Below, piece by piece: positions 33,077 through 45,978 of a stretch of DNA of 64,000 nt. The notes under the pieces are model-generated. The model did not search any database and was not told the origin of the DNA. It was given only the letters and a program-made list of their open reading frames with translations. Origin of the DNA: an uncultured cyanobacterium. GTDB taxonomy: Bacteria > Cyanobacteriota > Cyanobacteriia > Cyanobacteriales > CAWUOF01. Each line of letters opens with the position of its first letter. Within the stretch, counting starts at the first letter, position 1. The stretch spans positions 3,200,001-3,264,000 of the forward strand of contig CAVUSO010000001.1 of assembly GCA_963744145.1 (NCBI GenBank), given 5' to 3'. The translations under genes and the position numbers were made by a program.

Positions 33077-34279
33077 GTGCCCAAAAAAACTGTAGCAAAT
33101 TTGTCAGCATCCGATTTAACTGGTAAGCGGGTTCTTGTCCGTGCTGATTTTAATGTCCCTCTGGATGATGCTGGTCAGATTACTGATGATACTCGGATTC
33201 GTGCCGCATTACCAACCATTCAATACCTCACCTCTCATGGGGCTAAGGTCATTTTATGCAGCCATTTTGGACGTCCCAAGGGCGTTGATGAGAAGTTACG
33301 TTTGACCCCAGTTGCTAAACGCTTGTCGGAATTATTGGGTAAACCAGTAGTTAAGTGCGATGACTGTATTGGGGAAAAAGTAACTGAACAAATTGGGAAA
33401 TTACAAAATGGTGAAGTTGCTTTGCTCGAAAATGTCCGTTTTCATAAAGAAGAAGAGCAAAATGACCCTGAATTTGCCAAAAAGCTAGCTTCCATAGCTG
33501 ATTTGTATGTCAATGATGCTTTTGGGACTGCTCACCGCGCTCATGCTTCCACGGAAGGGGTAACTCATTATCTCAGTCCTTCAGTGGGTGGGTACTTGAT
33601 GGAAAAAGAATTGCAGTATCTCCAAGCTGCGATCGAAAATCCGCAACGTCCTTTAGCAGCTATTATTGGTGGTTCTAAGGTTTCGAGCAAAATTGGTGTG
33701 ATTGAAACTTTATTGGAGAAGGTAGATAAACTGCTGATTGGTGGTGGAATGATTTTTACCTTCTATCAAGCTCGTGGTTTGAAAGTTGGTAAGTCTTTGG
33801 TGGAAGATGATAAGCTAGAATTGGCTAAGTCTCTCGAAGCTAAAGCGAAGGAGAAGGGTGTTACACTACTTTTACCTACTGATGTAGTAGTTGCAGATAA
33901 ATTCGCCCCCGATGCTAATTCCCAAACTGTTAGCATTGAAAACATTCCTGATGGTTGGATGGGTTTGGATATTGGACCTGAATCAGTGAAAGTATTTCAA
34001 GGTGCGTTAGCAGATTGCAAATCTGTCCTATGGAACGGTCCGATGGGTGTGTTTGAGTTCGATAAGTTTGCTGTCGGAACAGATGCGATCGCACATACTC
34101 TCGCCAATTTGACTAAAACTGGCACTTCTACTATTATCGGTGGTGGCGACTCAGTGGCTGCTGTTGAAAAAGTAGGGGTTGCTGACCAAATGAGTCATAT
34201 TTCCACTGGTGGTGGTGCTTCTTTGGAGTTACTCGAAGGTAAGGTACTCCCGGGTGTTGCTGCTCTAGATGATCTCTAA
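33077..34279 (+). CDS. pgk: Phosphoglycerate kinase
   Basis: [40 protein letters not shown]. Confidence 0.99.
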   Translation: MPKKTVANLSASDLTGKRVLVRADFNVPLDDAGQITDDTRIRAALPTIQYLTSHGAKVILCSHFGRPKGVDEKLRLTPVAKRLSELLGKPVVKCDDCIGEKVTEQIGKLQNGEVALLENVRFHKEEEQNDPEFAKKLASIADLYVNDAFGTAHRAHASTEGVTHYLSPSVGGYLMEKELQYLQAAIENPQRPLAAIIGGSKVSSKIGVIETLLEKVDKLLIGGGMIFTFYQARGLKVGKSLVEDDKLELAKSLEAKAKEKGVTLLLPTDVVVADKFAPDANSQTVSIENIPDGWMGLDIGPESVKVFQGALADCKSVLWNGPMGVFEFDKFAVGTDAIAHTLANLTKTGTSTIIGGGDSVAAVEKVGVADQMSHISTGGGASLELLEGKVLPGVAALDDL

Positions 34280-34310
34280 AAGAGTTTTTCTCTTCTAGTT
34301 TAAACTTTCC

Positions 34311-34335
34311 GGTTCCCAGCTAAATCCTGGGAACC
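34311..34335 (+). terminator. Stem-loop after pgk
   Basis: GGTTCCCAG-N7-CTGGGAACC. Confidence 0.6.
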
Positions 34336-34592
34336 TTCTGTTCATGCTCCGTGCGGAGTGCAAAGACTAGGATATGCTGCTTCAATCAATCGGGTCAATT
34401 GTTTTTTTAGCGATCGAAGCGATCGCTGCAAGCATAGCATCTCTCTGAAAAACTAGTGATTTTGTACTACATTTTGAATTTAAAAATGGGGGTTAATACT
34501 CTATTTATTTCAAAATGAGAATTGCTGTCTTTTTTCATAGTGTACTTGTCCTTAGGTTGTTCATGCAATTTTATCTGATACAAGGATTATAT

Positions 34593-35156
34593 CTACGAAT
34601 CTGGTAAGGAGTAACAGGTAAATACCGTCCAGCGATCGCCTGGTAAATCATGAGTTGTAGTCAGAGTTAGCTTAGTAAATTGGTTATTCCAGATATAGTC
34701 AGTATCCTGACGAGTTTGATCACTATATCCTGGTTTTACTTTCTGAGCTTTTCCATACTGAGTTTGCATCTCTTTTACCACTTCCTGAGTTTCTGACTGT
34801 GATAAATTCTCAGTAATCAGGAGAATTTGGTTAATCTGGAATCGCTTTTCATCAAAATAAACGGTTATATCTGAACTATTTTGGGAAAAACTAAAATAGA
34901 GCGGACCAGGTTTTGTGATAGTCTTTCTACTATCTTTAAAATCAATATTATCTTGATGTAGTACCTGAGCAGCGTCATCAATTGACATTCCCATCTGTAA
35001 ATTTCTCCATCCGTTAACCGCATCAAAATTTTGGACAATTAGCTCCTGTGCTTGAACGGTTGGCAAATTTGCAGAATTTAGAAATGAGGACAATATTAAT
35101 AGGGTTAACGTGGTGGTAATAACTCGAAACCCGAATGTAAATAAGTTGGTATTCAT
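34593..35156 (-). CDS. Hypothetical exported protein
   Basis: 187-aa ORF with a signal-peptide-like N-terminus ending VQA. Confidence 0.7.
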   Translation of the reverse strand: MNTNLFTFGFRVITTTLTLLILSSFLNSANLPTVQAQELIVQNFDAVNGWRNLQMGMSIDDAAQVLHQDNIDFKDSRKTITKPGPLYFSFSQNSSDITVYFDEKRFQINQILLITENLSQSETQEVVKEMQTQYGKAQKVKPGYSDQTRQDTDYIWNNQFTKLTLTTTHDLPGDRWTVFTCYSLPDS

Positions 35157-35224
35157 TAATAACTTCTAAATCAAAAAATAATTAGCTATTTCAGGTGGTA
35201 TTTCTACCACCCAAACTAGATCAA

Positions 35225-35461
35225 TTATAACTTGCTATGAGCACCATCACAATAGGGAGGATTACCAGTATGCTTACATAAACACAGAGCTACTTTCTTA
35301 GGTTCTGTAATTTCAAAAGCAGTGGGTGTAAATTCGGTTCCTTGGTGCTTACCATCACAATAGGGTTGGTTTTGTGATTGACCACAACTACACCAGTAAT
35401 AAGTCTTGGGTTCTAAATCTAGCACCACGGGTTTGCGATCGACAATTGTGGGGTTGCTCAT
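35225..35461 (-). CDS. CDGSH iron-sulfur domain protein (two motifs)
   Basis: WCSCGQSQNQPYCDGKH and LCLCKHTGNPPYCDGAH. Confidence 0.95.
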   Translation of the reverse strand: MSNPTIVDRKPVVLDLEPKTYYWCSCGQSQNQPYCDGKHQGTEFTPTAFEITEPKKVALCLCKHTGNPPYCDGAHSKL

Positions 35462-35592
35462 AAATTTTTTGTTACACTAATAACTTAATTGACTGGTTTG
35501 ATTTTAATCAGTATATTTTTGGTTGTAAAGTATGTACTTTTTAGTAACATACTATCCAAATAGATACTTAGACATAAAACGGCGCTACTAAA

Positions 35593-35617
35593 CAAGGGGC
35601 GATCGGATCACCCCTTG
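35593..35617 (-). terminator. Stem-loop downstream of the pentapeptide gene
   Basis: CAAGGGGCGATC-G-GATCACCCCTTG, followed by TTT on the minus strand. Confidence 0.55.
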
Positions 35618-35650
35618 CTGATCGCAAAGCAAAAACTACTTCATCAACGG

Positions 35651-36358
35651 CTATTGTGGCCAAGTGATTGCAGCAGTTGATCCTTGATTAGGCATATTTG
35701 TAGTGGATAGCAAAGTATTATTCAACTTAGCATCAGCTAAATTAGCACCAGCTAAATTAGCACCAGCTAAATCAGCACCATTCAAATCAGCACCAGCTAA
35801 ATTAGCACCAGTTAGATCCGCATCTCTGAGGTTAACCCCATTCACATCTAAGGGATAAGCACTACCTTCAATATTAACTGTACGCATACTCGCTAAAGTC
35901 TGACGAGCATTTTTGAGGTTAGCACCGATGAGATTAGCACTTTCCAGGTTAGCCCCAACTAGATTAGCTTCACTCAGATTAGCATTATTGAGATTAGCCA
36001 AAACCAAACCTGCCAAACTAAGATTAGCGCCACTCAAATCTGCATTATTAAGTATAGCACCGTGTAGTTTAGCGCCCATCAGATTAGTATTCTGAAGACT
36101 AGCTCCATCTAGATTAGCATTAACTAGATTTGCTTGATTGAGGTTGGACTGATTGAAGTTAGTGCCCCGGAGATCCGCTCCTTTTAAATCTGCACCAGTT
36201 AGATCGATTCCATTCAACTGTGCACCACTGAGATCGCAACCTCGACAGAGTTTAGTTTGTAACAATTGTTTAAGGTCAGCAGGATTTTCGGCTTTCACTG
36301 GAGTTGTTAGACCAATCATCAGCATTAATACAATAGCCCCTAATATCCCCGACTTCAT
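35651..36358 (-). CDS. Pentapeptide repeat protein, exported
   Basis: Signal peptide, CRGCDL, many A(N/D)LxG repeats. Confidence 0.93.
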   Translation of the reverse strand: MKSGILGAIVLMLMIGLTTPVKAENPADLKQLLQTKLCRGCDLSGAQLNGIDLTGADLKGADLRGTNFNQSNLNQANLVNANLDGASLQNTNLMGAKLHGAILNNADLSGANLSLAGLVLANLNNANLSEANLVGANLESANLIGANLKNARQTLASMRTVNIEGSAYPLDVNGVNLRDADLTGANLAGADLNGADLAGANLAGANLADAKLNNTLLSTTNMPNQGSTAAITWPQ

Positions 36359-36663
36359 CTTCCCCTTCCTCACATCACACTATATCTATTATTATCAGAC
36401 ATCTGTCTAGGTTTCCGGGTGATTAAAATTCACGAAGTAATATGACAAAATTGTGCCTGATGACTGATTTTAAACACTTAAAAACAGTGAGTGGTGTCTT
36501 CGATTTATGTAACATCAGTCATTGACAATCTACTACAGACATGATATGCTCTATGACAAAAGTTACACTATTATATCTAAAATTTGGCCAAAAGTGACGA
36601 TTATTAAGATATGTATACTCCACAACCGACAGATTTATGTTAAAGTAACAGGTGTGAATTAGA

Positions 36664-36739
36664 TTCGGTTGTAGATTTTGTTGAGTGTTACAGATTCCCA
36701 GATCACGTATCCGTCTGTATCGACAGACATATCTCCGAA
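36664..36739 (+). promoter_or_regulatory. Conserved 5'-UTR boxes of cyanobacterial cold-inducible rbp genes
   Basis: TTCGG (36664), TTTTGTTGAGT (36676-86) and TCTCCGAA (36732-39) resemble boxes III/II/I recalled from Anabaena rbpA genes. Confidence 0.55.
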
Positions 36740-36772
36740 CCTGAGTCGCTCGTTGATTAAAGGAGGTATTTC

Positions 36773-37111
36773 ATGTCGATTTATGTAGGTAACTTATCCT
36801 ATGAAGTTACCCAAGAAGACATTACAGCCGTTTTTGCCGAATACGGAACAGTTAAAAGGGTAAATCTGCCCACTGACCGCGAAACAGGACGCTTACGGGG
36901 TTTTGGATTCGTGGAAATGAACACAGAAGCAGAAGAAACAGCAGCGATCGATGCTCTTGATGGAGCTGAATGGATGGGCCGGGATCTGAAAGTGAATAAG
37001 GCCAAACCTCGGGAAGATCGTGGTGGTCGTAGTGGTGGTGGCGGTAACCGAGGTGGTTATAGCGGTACTGGTGGTTATGGTGGTGGGAAATCCTCCCAAA
37101 GACGTTATTAA
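36773..37111 (+). CDS. rbpA: RRM RNA-binding protein with Gly-rich tail (RbpA type)
   Basis: MSIYVGNL (RNP2), RGFGFVEM (RNP1), Gly-rich C-terminus. Confidence 0.93.
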   Translation: MSIYVGNLSYEVTQEDITAVFAEYGTVKRVNLPTDRETGRLRGFGFVEMNTEAEETAAIDALDGAEWMGRDLKVNKAKPREDRGGRSGGGGNRGGYSGTGGYGGGKSSQRRY

Positions 37112-37291
37112 ACTTAACCGAAAAGTGATCTGTCAAGCGTGCTGATGATTCTGATCAAGCCCAAACTTGGGATGTTCAGTTCAGATTGCTCTCCCTAGTT
37201 CATCATGTCTAAAGTGGATTAGCTTGATGCACTATTTTAGTGACCGCGAATATCTCCAACAACTCAGTTTTATTAAAAAAAAGGAGCAAGT

Positions 37292-37471
37292 ATGACTCAA
37301 GTAGTATTAGGGGAAAACGAAGGAATTGATTCCGCTCTACGTCGGTTCAAACGTCAAGTTTCGAGAGCCGGGATTTTGGCTGATGTTAAAAGTCGTCGTC
37401 ACTTTGAAACACCGATCGAGAAGCGGAAACGGAAAGCAGTTGCAGCTCGGCGTAAAAGACGTTTTAATTAA
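37292..37471 (+). CDS. rpsU: 30S ribosomal protein S21 (copy 1; missing from the ORF track)
   Basis: Translated by hand: [68 protein letters not shown]. Confidence 0.96.
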   Translation: MTQVVLGENEGIDSALRRFKRQVSRAGILADVKSRRHFETPIEKRKRKAVAARRKRRFN

Positions 37472-37664
37472 CCAAGTTTTGCCTCTTGATCTATATTACA
37501 GATAGATTCAGGCGGCTATGGTTACTCACCGACTCCCTGAAAAAACGCCAGACGTAACCTCTAGCTTAACTTATTCATTTGTGTTTGAATAGTTAAGCTT
37601 CCATCAGTTTAGCTAGGTTTTGGGTAGCGGTAAATCAATAACGTTTAGCAAAAAAGGAGTAGAA

Positions 37665-37844
37665 ATGACCCAAGTGGTTCTCGGGGAAAATGAAGGAATT
37701 GACTCAGCATTACGTCGATTCAAGCGCCAAGTCTCTAGATCCGGGATTTTGGCTGATGTCAAGAGTCGTCGTCACTTTGAAACACCCATTGAAAAGCGAA
37801 AACGGAAAGCTAGTGCAGCAAGACGTAAGAGACGTTTTACTTAA
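37665..37844 (+). CDS. rpsU: 30S ribosomal protein S21 (copy 2)
   Basis: [27 protein letters not shown]...; AAGGAG RBS before the ATG at 37665. Confidence 0.96.
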   Translation: MTQVVLGENEGIDSALRRFKRQVSRSGILADVKSRRHFETPIEKRKRKASAARRKRRFT

Positions 37845-37918
37845 CAGAAGCTGATAAAAACATTGCTAAAACAGACTAGATTAAGATTAAGTCTGTAAAA
37901 AAATATTTGGTGCTTATT

Positions 37919-37981
37919 GACAGGCAAGATGCCTGTCCCACCAGGAAAAATCACTTTTGTGGGACGGGCATCTTGCCTGTC
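37919..37981. repeat. Inverted doublet of REP-like palindromes
   Basis: GACAGGCAAGATGCCTGTCCCAC ... GTGGGACGGGCATCTTGCCTGTC; each arm is itself a hairpin; lies between convergent genes. Confidence 0.8.
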
Positions 37982-38051
37982 CTATTTATTTTTGCTTTCT
38001 TGTCTAGTCTAGATCAGAATTGTCACTTTAACTTCCACTAGTTCGGTTCGA

Positions 38052-38972
38052 TCAATAAGTTTGATCCCCAGCATAGTTAACCTTCTGAAATTGTAAGTTC
38101 TTCAGTTGAGCTTCTCCCAATAAATATTGGAAAAAATCTAGGGAAACTGCTTTCACCTCAGCTTCCGAGCCATTAAAAAAAATCTCACTTATCCCCAAAG
38201 ATGCCATAGCGATCGCCCTGGAATTGCCCAGAAAATACTGATTTTGGTTAAACTTATATTTATGCTCGCGGAGCTGGCGAAAATTTAAAGCTTCAGCGAT
38301 CGCTAGGCGAATACTCGTTTCCACTTGATCAGGATTAATTAGGGTATGATCAACTAAAATTCCCCCGAGTTCAGTTTTGATAAACTCTTGTAGATGGGTA
38401 ATGTATGAAGTTTGATTATACTCGAATATTGCCGTCGATATGTTCATCCTATATTTTGGTTGACTGAGGTCACGGGAGTCAAATAATAAACCTGAATTAA
38501 TCAGATCACCCACGCGAACTGCGGCCACATTAGCAGTTAAATTAGCTAAACAGCAGTTGGCTGTGATGGCATCTTCTATATTAGTAAATTTCTGATCACG
38601 ATATTCTTGACAAGCCTGAGCTAGCTCTGCTGCCCAGCAGTTATATTTACTATTCCAGAAAGTGGTAAAATCTACTACCGAAGATAACCCCGCCAGAGAG
38701 ATAGCATTAGACAGTGCAGTAATAAAATGACCAAAATTAACTACGCGATCGCTCATTAACACCAACAGATTCAGACCATTAACTAGGAAATTTTTTCCAG
38801 AGAGTATTTCCCATTCATATAACTCTTCCCTGACCGATATTTGGGTATATTGATGCAGAAGATTGGCAATCTGATAAGGGGAATCCTCCGGATTTTGCGA
38901 TTCTATACTCTGGATAAATTGACAAACTTTTTCGAGATTTTGTTTGAGCAAAACCTGATCATTACAATTCAT
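38052..38972 (-). CDS. Hypothetical protein
   Basis: 306-aa ATG ORF filling the gap; no motif recognised. Confidence 0.7.
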   Translation of the reverse strand: MNCNDQVLLKQNLEKVCQFIQSIESQNPEDSPYQIANLLHQYTQISVREELYEWEILSGKNFLVNGLNLLVLMSDRVVNFGHFITALSNAISLAGLSSVVDFTTFWNSKYNCWAAELAQACQEYRDQKFTNIEDAITANCCLANLTANVAAVRVGDLINSGLLFDSRDLSQPKYRMNISTAIFEYNQTSYITHLQEFIKTELGGILVDHTLINPDQVETSIRLAIAEALNFRQLREHKYKFNQNQYFLGNSRAIAMASLGISEIFFNGSEAEVKAVSLDFFQYLLGEAQLKNLQFQKVNYAGDQTY

Positions 38973-39148
38973 AGTTAGGCAATTAAAAGATTTTCAATAT
39001 TCTCTATACTGTTAGGAGTTATCTTGATCAGGTTATCCAGCCGAAAAAATTAAAATATTCAGAGTCTAAATCGACAATTACCATACTAAACGCTAGGATA
39101 GAAAGTATAGTATCTAAATCGATACTGATCACAATTAAATTTTGTTGA

Positions 39149-40438
<1,290 letters not shown>

Positions 40439-40454
40439 GAAATAAACTGGCTAG

Positions 40455-40484
40455 TGGTAGAGATTTAAATATTTGTCTCTACCA
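40455..40484 (+). terminator. Stem-loop after ahcY
   Basis: TGGTAGAGA-N12-TCTCTACCA followed by TTT. Confidence 0.55.
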
Positions 40485-40556
40485 TTTGCCCAAATCAGCT
40501 TTTTGCTAGAGAGCACTTGTTGCTGATTGTCATCAATTTCTAACTAAACCGATGGG

Positions 40557-41168
40557 ATGAATATTAAAGACTTAATTATTTCTGCTGGCCCAACCTTAGG
40601 ATATCTGCTGATTTGGCTGATTGTTTTTTCTGAATCTGGATTGGTAATCGGATTATTTTTACCTGGAGATAGCTTATTAATGACAGCCGGTATTTTAGCA
40701 TCTCAAAATTTTCTGGATATTCGGGTTCTGTTGTTTGGCTGTGTTGCTGGTGCAATCTTAGGTGACAATGTTGGCTATTTTACGGGTTATCGCTGGGGAC
40801 GTAAGTTATTTGAAAACAAAGATGCTCGGTTCTTTAAAAAAGAATATTTAATTGCTGCCCAAGATTTTTATGAAAAGCATGGCAAAATGGCAATTGTGAT
40901 CGCCCGCTTTGTCCCAGTGGTGCGGACTTTTGCCCCAATTGTGGCGGGCATTAGTGCCATGCGTTATCGCACTTTTATGTTTTACAATATTTGCGGCGGC
41001 TCTCTCTGGACTTTTGGGATGCTTTTGTTCGGATACTTCATTGGCAAAAAAATTCCACCTGACCAGATTGATCATTACCTCTTACCACTAATTGCCTTGG
41101 TGGTGATTATTTCAGGTTTACCTTCAGTTATTCATATTCTTAAAGAGCGTAAATCTAAGAAAAGTTAA
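40557..41168 (+). CDS. DedA/VTT family membrane protein
   Basis: ESGL...FLPGDSLL, GDNVGY, ARFVPVVRTFAP. Confidence 0.95.
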   Translation: MNIKDLIISAGPTLGYLLIWLIVFSESGLVIGLFLPGDSLLMTAGILASQNFLDIRVLLFGCVAGAILGDNVGYFTGYRWGRKLFENKDARFFKKEYLIAAQDFYEKHGKMAIVIARFVPVVRTFAPIVAGISAMRYRTFMFYNICGGSLWTFGMLLFGYFIGKKIPPDQIDHYLLPLIALVVIISGLPSVIHILKERKSKKS

Positions 41169-41374
41169 GGTTTGATAATTTTTGACAGAATTGATTGAAT
41201 CAGATGAGTTTGCTGATATCGATGAATAAGAATCTAGTCATAATTAAAAATTATTTAACAATGGTTGCTATTCTATAAATATGGTATAATAACGCAACTG
41301 GTTACTTAGTCTTTGAGAAGCCAGTTAAACCTTGAGAAAACTTGACCTATCCTGACCGACGGAGCTTTTCGACC

Positions 41375-41629
41375 ATGAAACTATCACAAATTTTCCGCGC
41401 TGCTATTCTGGGATCACGTCTAGCTGTTTTTGGGTTATTGGTTTCTGTTTCTCCCGTGATCGGAGCCAAAGCTAGTTCAGCTGCACAAATCCCAGTTAGT
41501 GGTAATACTTATCAACAAACCATTATCGCTGAGGATGATACTATGGATGATAGTGGTTCGGATGATACTATGGATGATGGTGGTGATGATGCTGGGGATG
41601 CTGGGGATGATGGTGGTGATGACCAGTAA
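41375..41629 (+). CDS. Small exported protein with Asp/Gly-rich tail
   Basis: Signal-peptide-like N-terminus; tail EDDTMDDSGSDDTMDDGGDDAGDAGDDGGDDQ. Confidence 0.65.
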   Translation: MKLSQIFRAAILGSRLAVFGLLVSVSPVIGAKASSAAQIPVSGNTYQQTIIAEDDTMDDSGSDDTMDDGGDDAGDAGDDGGDDQ

Positions 41630-41667
41630 TATTAACTATTCTGGTTTCTGAATAATAGTAATTGATG

Positions 41668-41695
41668 GTAGGGGCGATTGATAAATTGCCCCTAC
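41668..41695. repeat. GTAG-type REP-like palindrome / terminator
   Basis: GTAGGGGCGATT-GATA-AATTGCCCCTAC between convergent genes. Confidence 0.7.
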
Positions 41696-41732
41696 TGCAT
41701 CAGATCAGAGTTGCTATTGATCAGGATAATTT

Positions 41733-42008
41733 TTAAAGAGCACCAGAACTGGCTAACCCTAAGATAAAGCCAAATCCCAAAATATGGCCTAAACAAGCTG
41801 TAGCAATTAATTGTGGTATACCAAATCCTGTAAATAGAGCTGGTAATCCTGGTAATCCTGGACCGACACCAGGTTGTTGAATCCCATAACGACCGATCAC
41901 TACAGCTAAAAGATTAGAAAGAATCATGACTAAAGCCACATTGAAAGACCAAGCTGGGGTGGTGGGCAATGTACCTGCGGCTACAGCGATTAACAGTGGG
42001 TTAAACAA
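41733..42008 (-). CDS. psaK: Photosystem I subunit PsaK
   Basis: Two TM helices; PTTPAWS, GVGPGLP, LGHILG motifs; TTG start at 42008 with GGAG RBS. Confidence 0.9.
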   Translation of the reverse strand: MFNPLLIAVAAGTLPTTPAWSFNVALVMILSNLLAVVIGRYGIQQPGVGPGLPGLPALFTGFGIPQLIATACLGHILGFGFILGLASSGAL

Positions 42009-42159
42009 GTTTTTATCTCCTAGGAGAATGAATTTGACAAAGGACAGACAAGATGTATGTCCCACATTTATGTTGTGGATTATAAAAAATTCTCAATAAA
42101 TAACTACGATTTGTTTGAATAATTAAAATTACTTAATATTTTGATACAAATTTCTCACC

Positions 42160-42792
42160 ATGCGGATTAAAATTTGTGGGATCACAAAAGCAGAACAAGG
42201 AAAAGCGATCGCCACTCTCGGAGTTACAGCTTTAGGTTTTATTTGTGTACCCACATCACCACGTTACGTCACAGCAGCTCAAATTCGGGTCATTGTGGAA
42301 CAATTACCAAAGCATATAGATCGAATTGGTGTATTTGCCAATGCCAAGATCGAGGAAATTTGTCAAGTAATTGAGCAGAGTAATTTGAATGGGGTACAAC
42401 TCCATGGCAATGAAACTCCTGAATTTTGTCAAAAATTACGCCAATCTCTCACGGAAATAGAAATAATCAAAGCGTTTAGAATCAAGACAATAGAAGATTT
42501 AAGTCAAGTAGAAGCTGATCCAGATAATATTGATACAATACTGCTTGATGCTTATCATCCCCAAAAATTAGGTGGCACAGGAAAAACTATCGATTGGTCA
42601 ATTCTTCAAGATTTTCACCCCAGTTGTCCGTGGTTTCTAGCTGGAGGTTTAAATCCAGATAACGTTATAGAAGCTATAAGTCAAGTTAAGCCGAATGGGA
42701 TTGATATTTCTAGTGGTGTTGAAGCGAGTCCAGGAGATAAGAATCTCGACCAAGTAGCCCAGTTAATGAGATTGCTAATTGCTATTAAATAA
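42160..42792 (+). CDS. trpF: Phosphoribosylanthranilate isomerase
   Basis: KICGIT, VQLHG, GGTG, LAGGL, DISSGVE. Confidence 0.97.
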   Translation: MRIKICGITKAEQGKAIATLGVTALGFICVPTSPRYVTAAQIRVIVEQLPKHIDRIGVFANAKIEEICQVIEQSNLNGVQLHGNETPEFCQKLRQSLTEIEIIKAFRIKTIEDLSQVEADPDNIDTILLDAYHPQKLGGTGKTIDWSILQDFHPSCPWFLAGGLNPDNVIEAISQVKPNGIDISSGVEASPGDKNLDQVAQLMRLLIAIK

Positions 42793-43516
42793 ATGACGGT
42801 TGATGACGAATCAAATTCAGAAACTCTTCGCGACTTTTTTGCTCTGATTGAAAAGTCCCCATCATCGCGCTAGTAACTGTCCAAGAACCAGGCTTTTGTA
42901 CCCCCCGCATCACCATACACATATGGGTTGCTTCTAACACTACAGCTACACCTTGAGGCTCTAAAACAGTCTGAACTGCTTCAGCAATTTGACGTGTTAA
43001 TCGCTCTTGGACTTGCAAACGACGGGCATACATTTCCACAATGCGGGCTAATTTACTTAGTCCTACCACTTTTTGGTTAGGAATATAGGCAACATGAGCT
43101 TTACCCATAAACGGAAGCATATGGTGTTCACACAGACTAAAAAAGTGGATATCTCTGAGCAACACCATTTCATTATGACCTTCATCAAAAATTGCCCCGT
43201 TCACAATTTTTTCTAAGGATTGAGCATAGCCACTAGTCAGAAACCTCATTGCTTCTGCTACCCGTTTGGGTGTTTTTAGCAGTCCTTCACGCTCCGGATC
43301 TTCTCCTACTCCTAGTAAAAGCTGACGTACTGCCATCATCATCTCCTCGTTGCCGATTTCGGTCTTAGATGGCAACTTGGCTTCACGACCATTTAAAGTA
43401 TTGCGATCGGGTCGAGTTACTAATCTAGTTGGAGCTTCGGTAGGTTCAGCGGTAGCAACATCATCAGTTGCAGGTACTTTTGAACCATTGGAACCATTGA
43501 AAGGAGCAATAGTCAT
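42785..43516 (-). CDS. folE: GTP cyclohydrolase I
   Basis: [42 protein letters not shown]. Confidence 0.98.
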   Translation of the reverse strand: MTIAPFNGSNGSKVPATDDVATAEPTEAPTRLVTRPDRNTLNGREAKLPSKTEIGNEEMMMAVRQLLLGVGEDPEREGLLKTPKRVAEAMRFLTSGYAQSLEKIVNGAIFDEGHNEMVLLRDIHFFSLCEHHMLPFMGKAHVAYIPNQKVVGLSKLARIVEMYARRLQVQERLTRQIAEAVQTVLEPQGVAVVLEATHMCMVMRGVQKPGSWTVTSAMMGTFQSEQKSREEFLNLIRHQPSFI

Positions 43517-43725
43517 GATCGGTTTAGGTGAGAGTGTGGTGGATAGAGCGGAAATAAGATCAGCCTGAATACATTGGCATACACTCGTTAGATTTAGATA
43601 AATAATTTATTGCCAGTCGGCTAAGGTGTTTCTAGTAATTGCCTGATCAATTCCACTACTTGCACCTATAATTATCGAAATTTGTCGCTCCTGATCTTAA
43701 AAAATCTGAGGGATTTAACCAGATT

Positions 43726-44706
43726 TTAAGCAGAAATTTCTGTAAAAACACCAATCCGGCGAAATTTTTGATACCGCAAATCGCGACGCTGTTGGCTCGT
43801 CAGTTGGCTCAGTTCGGCTAAATTGTCGCTGAGTGCTTGTTTGAGAATCGCTGCGGCTTGAAGGGGATCGGCGTGAGCGCCACCTAATGGTTCTGGTAAG
43901 AGACTATCGAGAATCCCGAGATTTTTCAAATCTAGCGCCGTAATTTTTAGGGCTTCAGCCGCTTGAGGTGCTTTACTGGCATCTCGCCAGAGAATAGAAG
44001 CACAAGCTTCAGGGGTAGCTACAGTATAAACGGAATGCTCGAACATTAATAATCGATCGCCCACACCAATTCCTAAAGCACCACCAGAACCACCTTCACC
44101 AATGACGGTACAGATAATCGGTACATCCAGGTGAAACATTTCTCTGAGGTTATAGGCGATCGCTTCTCCCTGTCCTAATTTTTCCGCTTCTACACCTGGA
44201 TAAGCACCGGGGGTATCAATAAATGTCAAAATTGGCATCCCAAATCGATTCCCATGATTCATCAACCGGATCGCTTTGCGGTATCCCCCTGGGGCAGCCA
44301 TCCCAAAGTTGCGAGCGACATTGTCTTTGGTGTCCCGACCTTTTTGATGACCGAGCATCACCACTGGACTTCCAGCCAAACGAGCTATCCCACCGACCAA
44401 GGCTGGATCATCAAAACCACCGCGATCGCCATGTAGTTCCAGCCATTCATCGCTAATAGCTTGAATATAATCAAGGGTACTAGGACGACGGGGATGACGA
44501 GCTAGTTGGAGCCGTTGGGCTGGAGACAAATTACTAAAAATTTCCTGACGGAGTTGCAGTGAGCGGGTTTCGAGCTGACGAATTTCCGCCGATACATCAA
44601 CGCTATTTTCTGCTGCTAGTTCTCGAATTTGCTCAATTCGGGCTTCTAGTTCAGCCAGCGGCTTTTCAAAATCTAATAGTAAGGGTTTGCGATCGGGGTT
44701 AGGCAC
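43726..44706 (-). CDS. accA: Acetyl-CoA carboxylase carboxyltransferase alpha subunit
   Basis: [35 protein letters not shown] start. Confidence 0.98.
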   Translation of the reverse strand: MPNPDRKPLLLDFEKPLAELEARIEQIRELAAENSVDVSAEIRQLETRSLQLRQEIFSNLSPAQRLQLARHPRRPSTLDYIQAISDEWLELHGDRGGFDDPALVGGIARLAGSPVVMLGHQKGRDTKDNVARNFGMAAPGGYRKAIRLMNHGNRFGMPILTFIDTPGAYPGVEAEKLGQGEAIAYNLREMFHLDVPIICTVIGEGGSGGALGIGVGDRLLMFEHSVYTVATPEACASILWRDASKAPQAAEALKITALDLKNLGILDSLLPEPLGGAHADPLQAAAILKQALSDNLAELSQLTSQQRRDLRYQKFRRIGVFTEISA

Positions 44707-44803
44707 TTGAGGATAAGACTATTATGGCAGGATGTTCTTCTGAATAGAGCAGGTAATTATGGTTATATATAGCAAGCCAAATGCCTACTATATATAACAA
44801 TTC

Positions 44804-45826
44804 TTAAAATGATAACAATGGTTGAAATCCATGTTTAAGAGATATTTTGCCGATTTCTTCCATTTTTTCGATCGTGATTTGATTTCGCCCCCAAGAAAAA
44901 TTAGTGTATATTTTTTCAAATTCCAGCAACATCGATTCGGCAAAACAGGCAAATAATTGACGAGCCGGAGTATTCATGTTGACAATTTTCATGATTTTCC
45001 ACTCAATGTCTAAAGAATGCTCGACAATACCGCCTTTGAGTACATATACTCCTGGATGTTGGATCTGGGTATCTAAGTTTTTGGGATAGCCACCATCAAT
45101 CAATAAACAAGGTTGCTTTAAGCTCGCGGGATTAATTTCTATCCCCTTAGCCATACTAGCGACCCAGACCACAATATCTGCGAGGGGCAATGCTGTTTCG
45201 AGATCCATAATTTGACCTCGACCCAATTCGGCTTGTAAGGACTTTAATCGCTCTTGTTTGCGAGCGATGAGTAACATTTCTCCCACCTGGGTGCGAGCAT
45301 CAAGCCATCGACAAACTGCGCTACCAATATCACCTGTTGCTCCACAAATAGCTACTGTGGCTCGGGAGAGATCGATCCCCAGTTTGGGGGCCATTTGTTC
45401 TAATTGACGACAAATAATATATGCGGTGTGAGTGTTACCAGTAGTAAAACGCTCAAACTCTAACTTAATATTGCGAACCTGTTTGCTTTCATGTAAACTG
45501 AACTCTTCAAAAATGATTGAAGAAAAACCACCTAATGCTGTGATATTAATTCCATGTTTTTGGGCATGGGCCATAGCGTTAAGAATTTTCCGCATTGCTG
45601 CTTTGACTCGACTATTGGCTAGCATTTCTGGCAAAAAGCAGGATTCCACATATTTGCCTTCAATTTTCTGACCTGTGATGCTAGTCACGGTAATATGATC
45701 CACAATTTGTGGTGGGGCAGAACACCAAAAATCTAGACCCTGATCTGCATATTCTGGATAACCCAGTTCTCTAGCAACAGACTGGGCGTGTTCCAAACTG
45801 GTAAGGTGACCGATTAAACCAAACAT
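44804..45826 (-). CDS. aar: Long-chain acyl-ACP reductase (alkane pathway)
   Basis: [33 protein letters not shown]; downstream of ado. Confidence 0.97.
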   Translation of the reverse strand: MFGLIGHLTSLEHAQSVARELGYPEYADQGLDFWCSAPPQIVDHITVTSITGQKIEGKYVESCFLPEMLANSRVKAAMRKILNAMAHAQKHGINITALGGFSSIIFEEFSLHESKQVRNIKLEFERFTTGNTHTAYIICRQLEQMAPKLGIDLSRATVAICGATGDIGSAVCRWLDARTQVGEMLLIARKQERLKSLQAELGRGQIMDLETALPLADIVVWVASMAKGIEINPASLKQPCLLIDGGYPKNLDTQIQHPGVYVLKGGIVEHSLDIEWKIMKIVNMNTPARQLFACFAESMLLEFEKIYTNFSWGRNQITIEKMEEIGKISLKHGFQPLLSF

Positions 45827-45929
45827 CGACAGCTCTTGCGTATACCTGTAATTCAGGCAAAAATTGGATTAAATTTAAATTATAGTTGATCGCTATTAAA
45901 TATATTAAACAATATTCTCGCTCAACAAG

Positions 45930-45957
45930 TTAGGGGTACATTAATTAGTACCCCTAA
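45930..45957. terminator. Stem-loop between ado and aar
   Basis: TTAGGGGTAC-N8-GTACCCCTAA. Confidence 0.55.
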
Positions 45958-45978
45958 TCGCTGGTGATCGTGGCGAGT

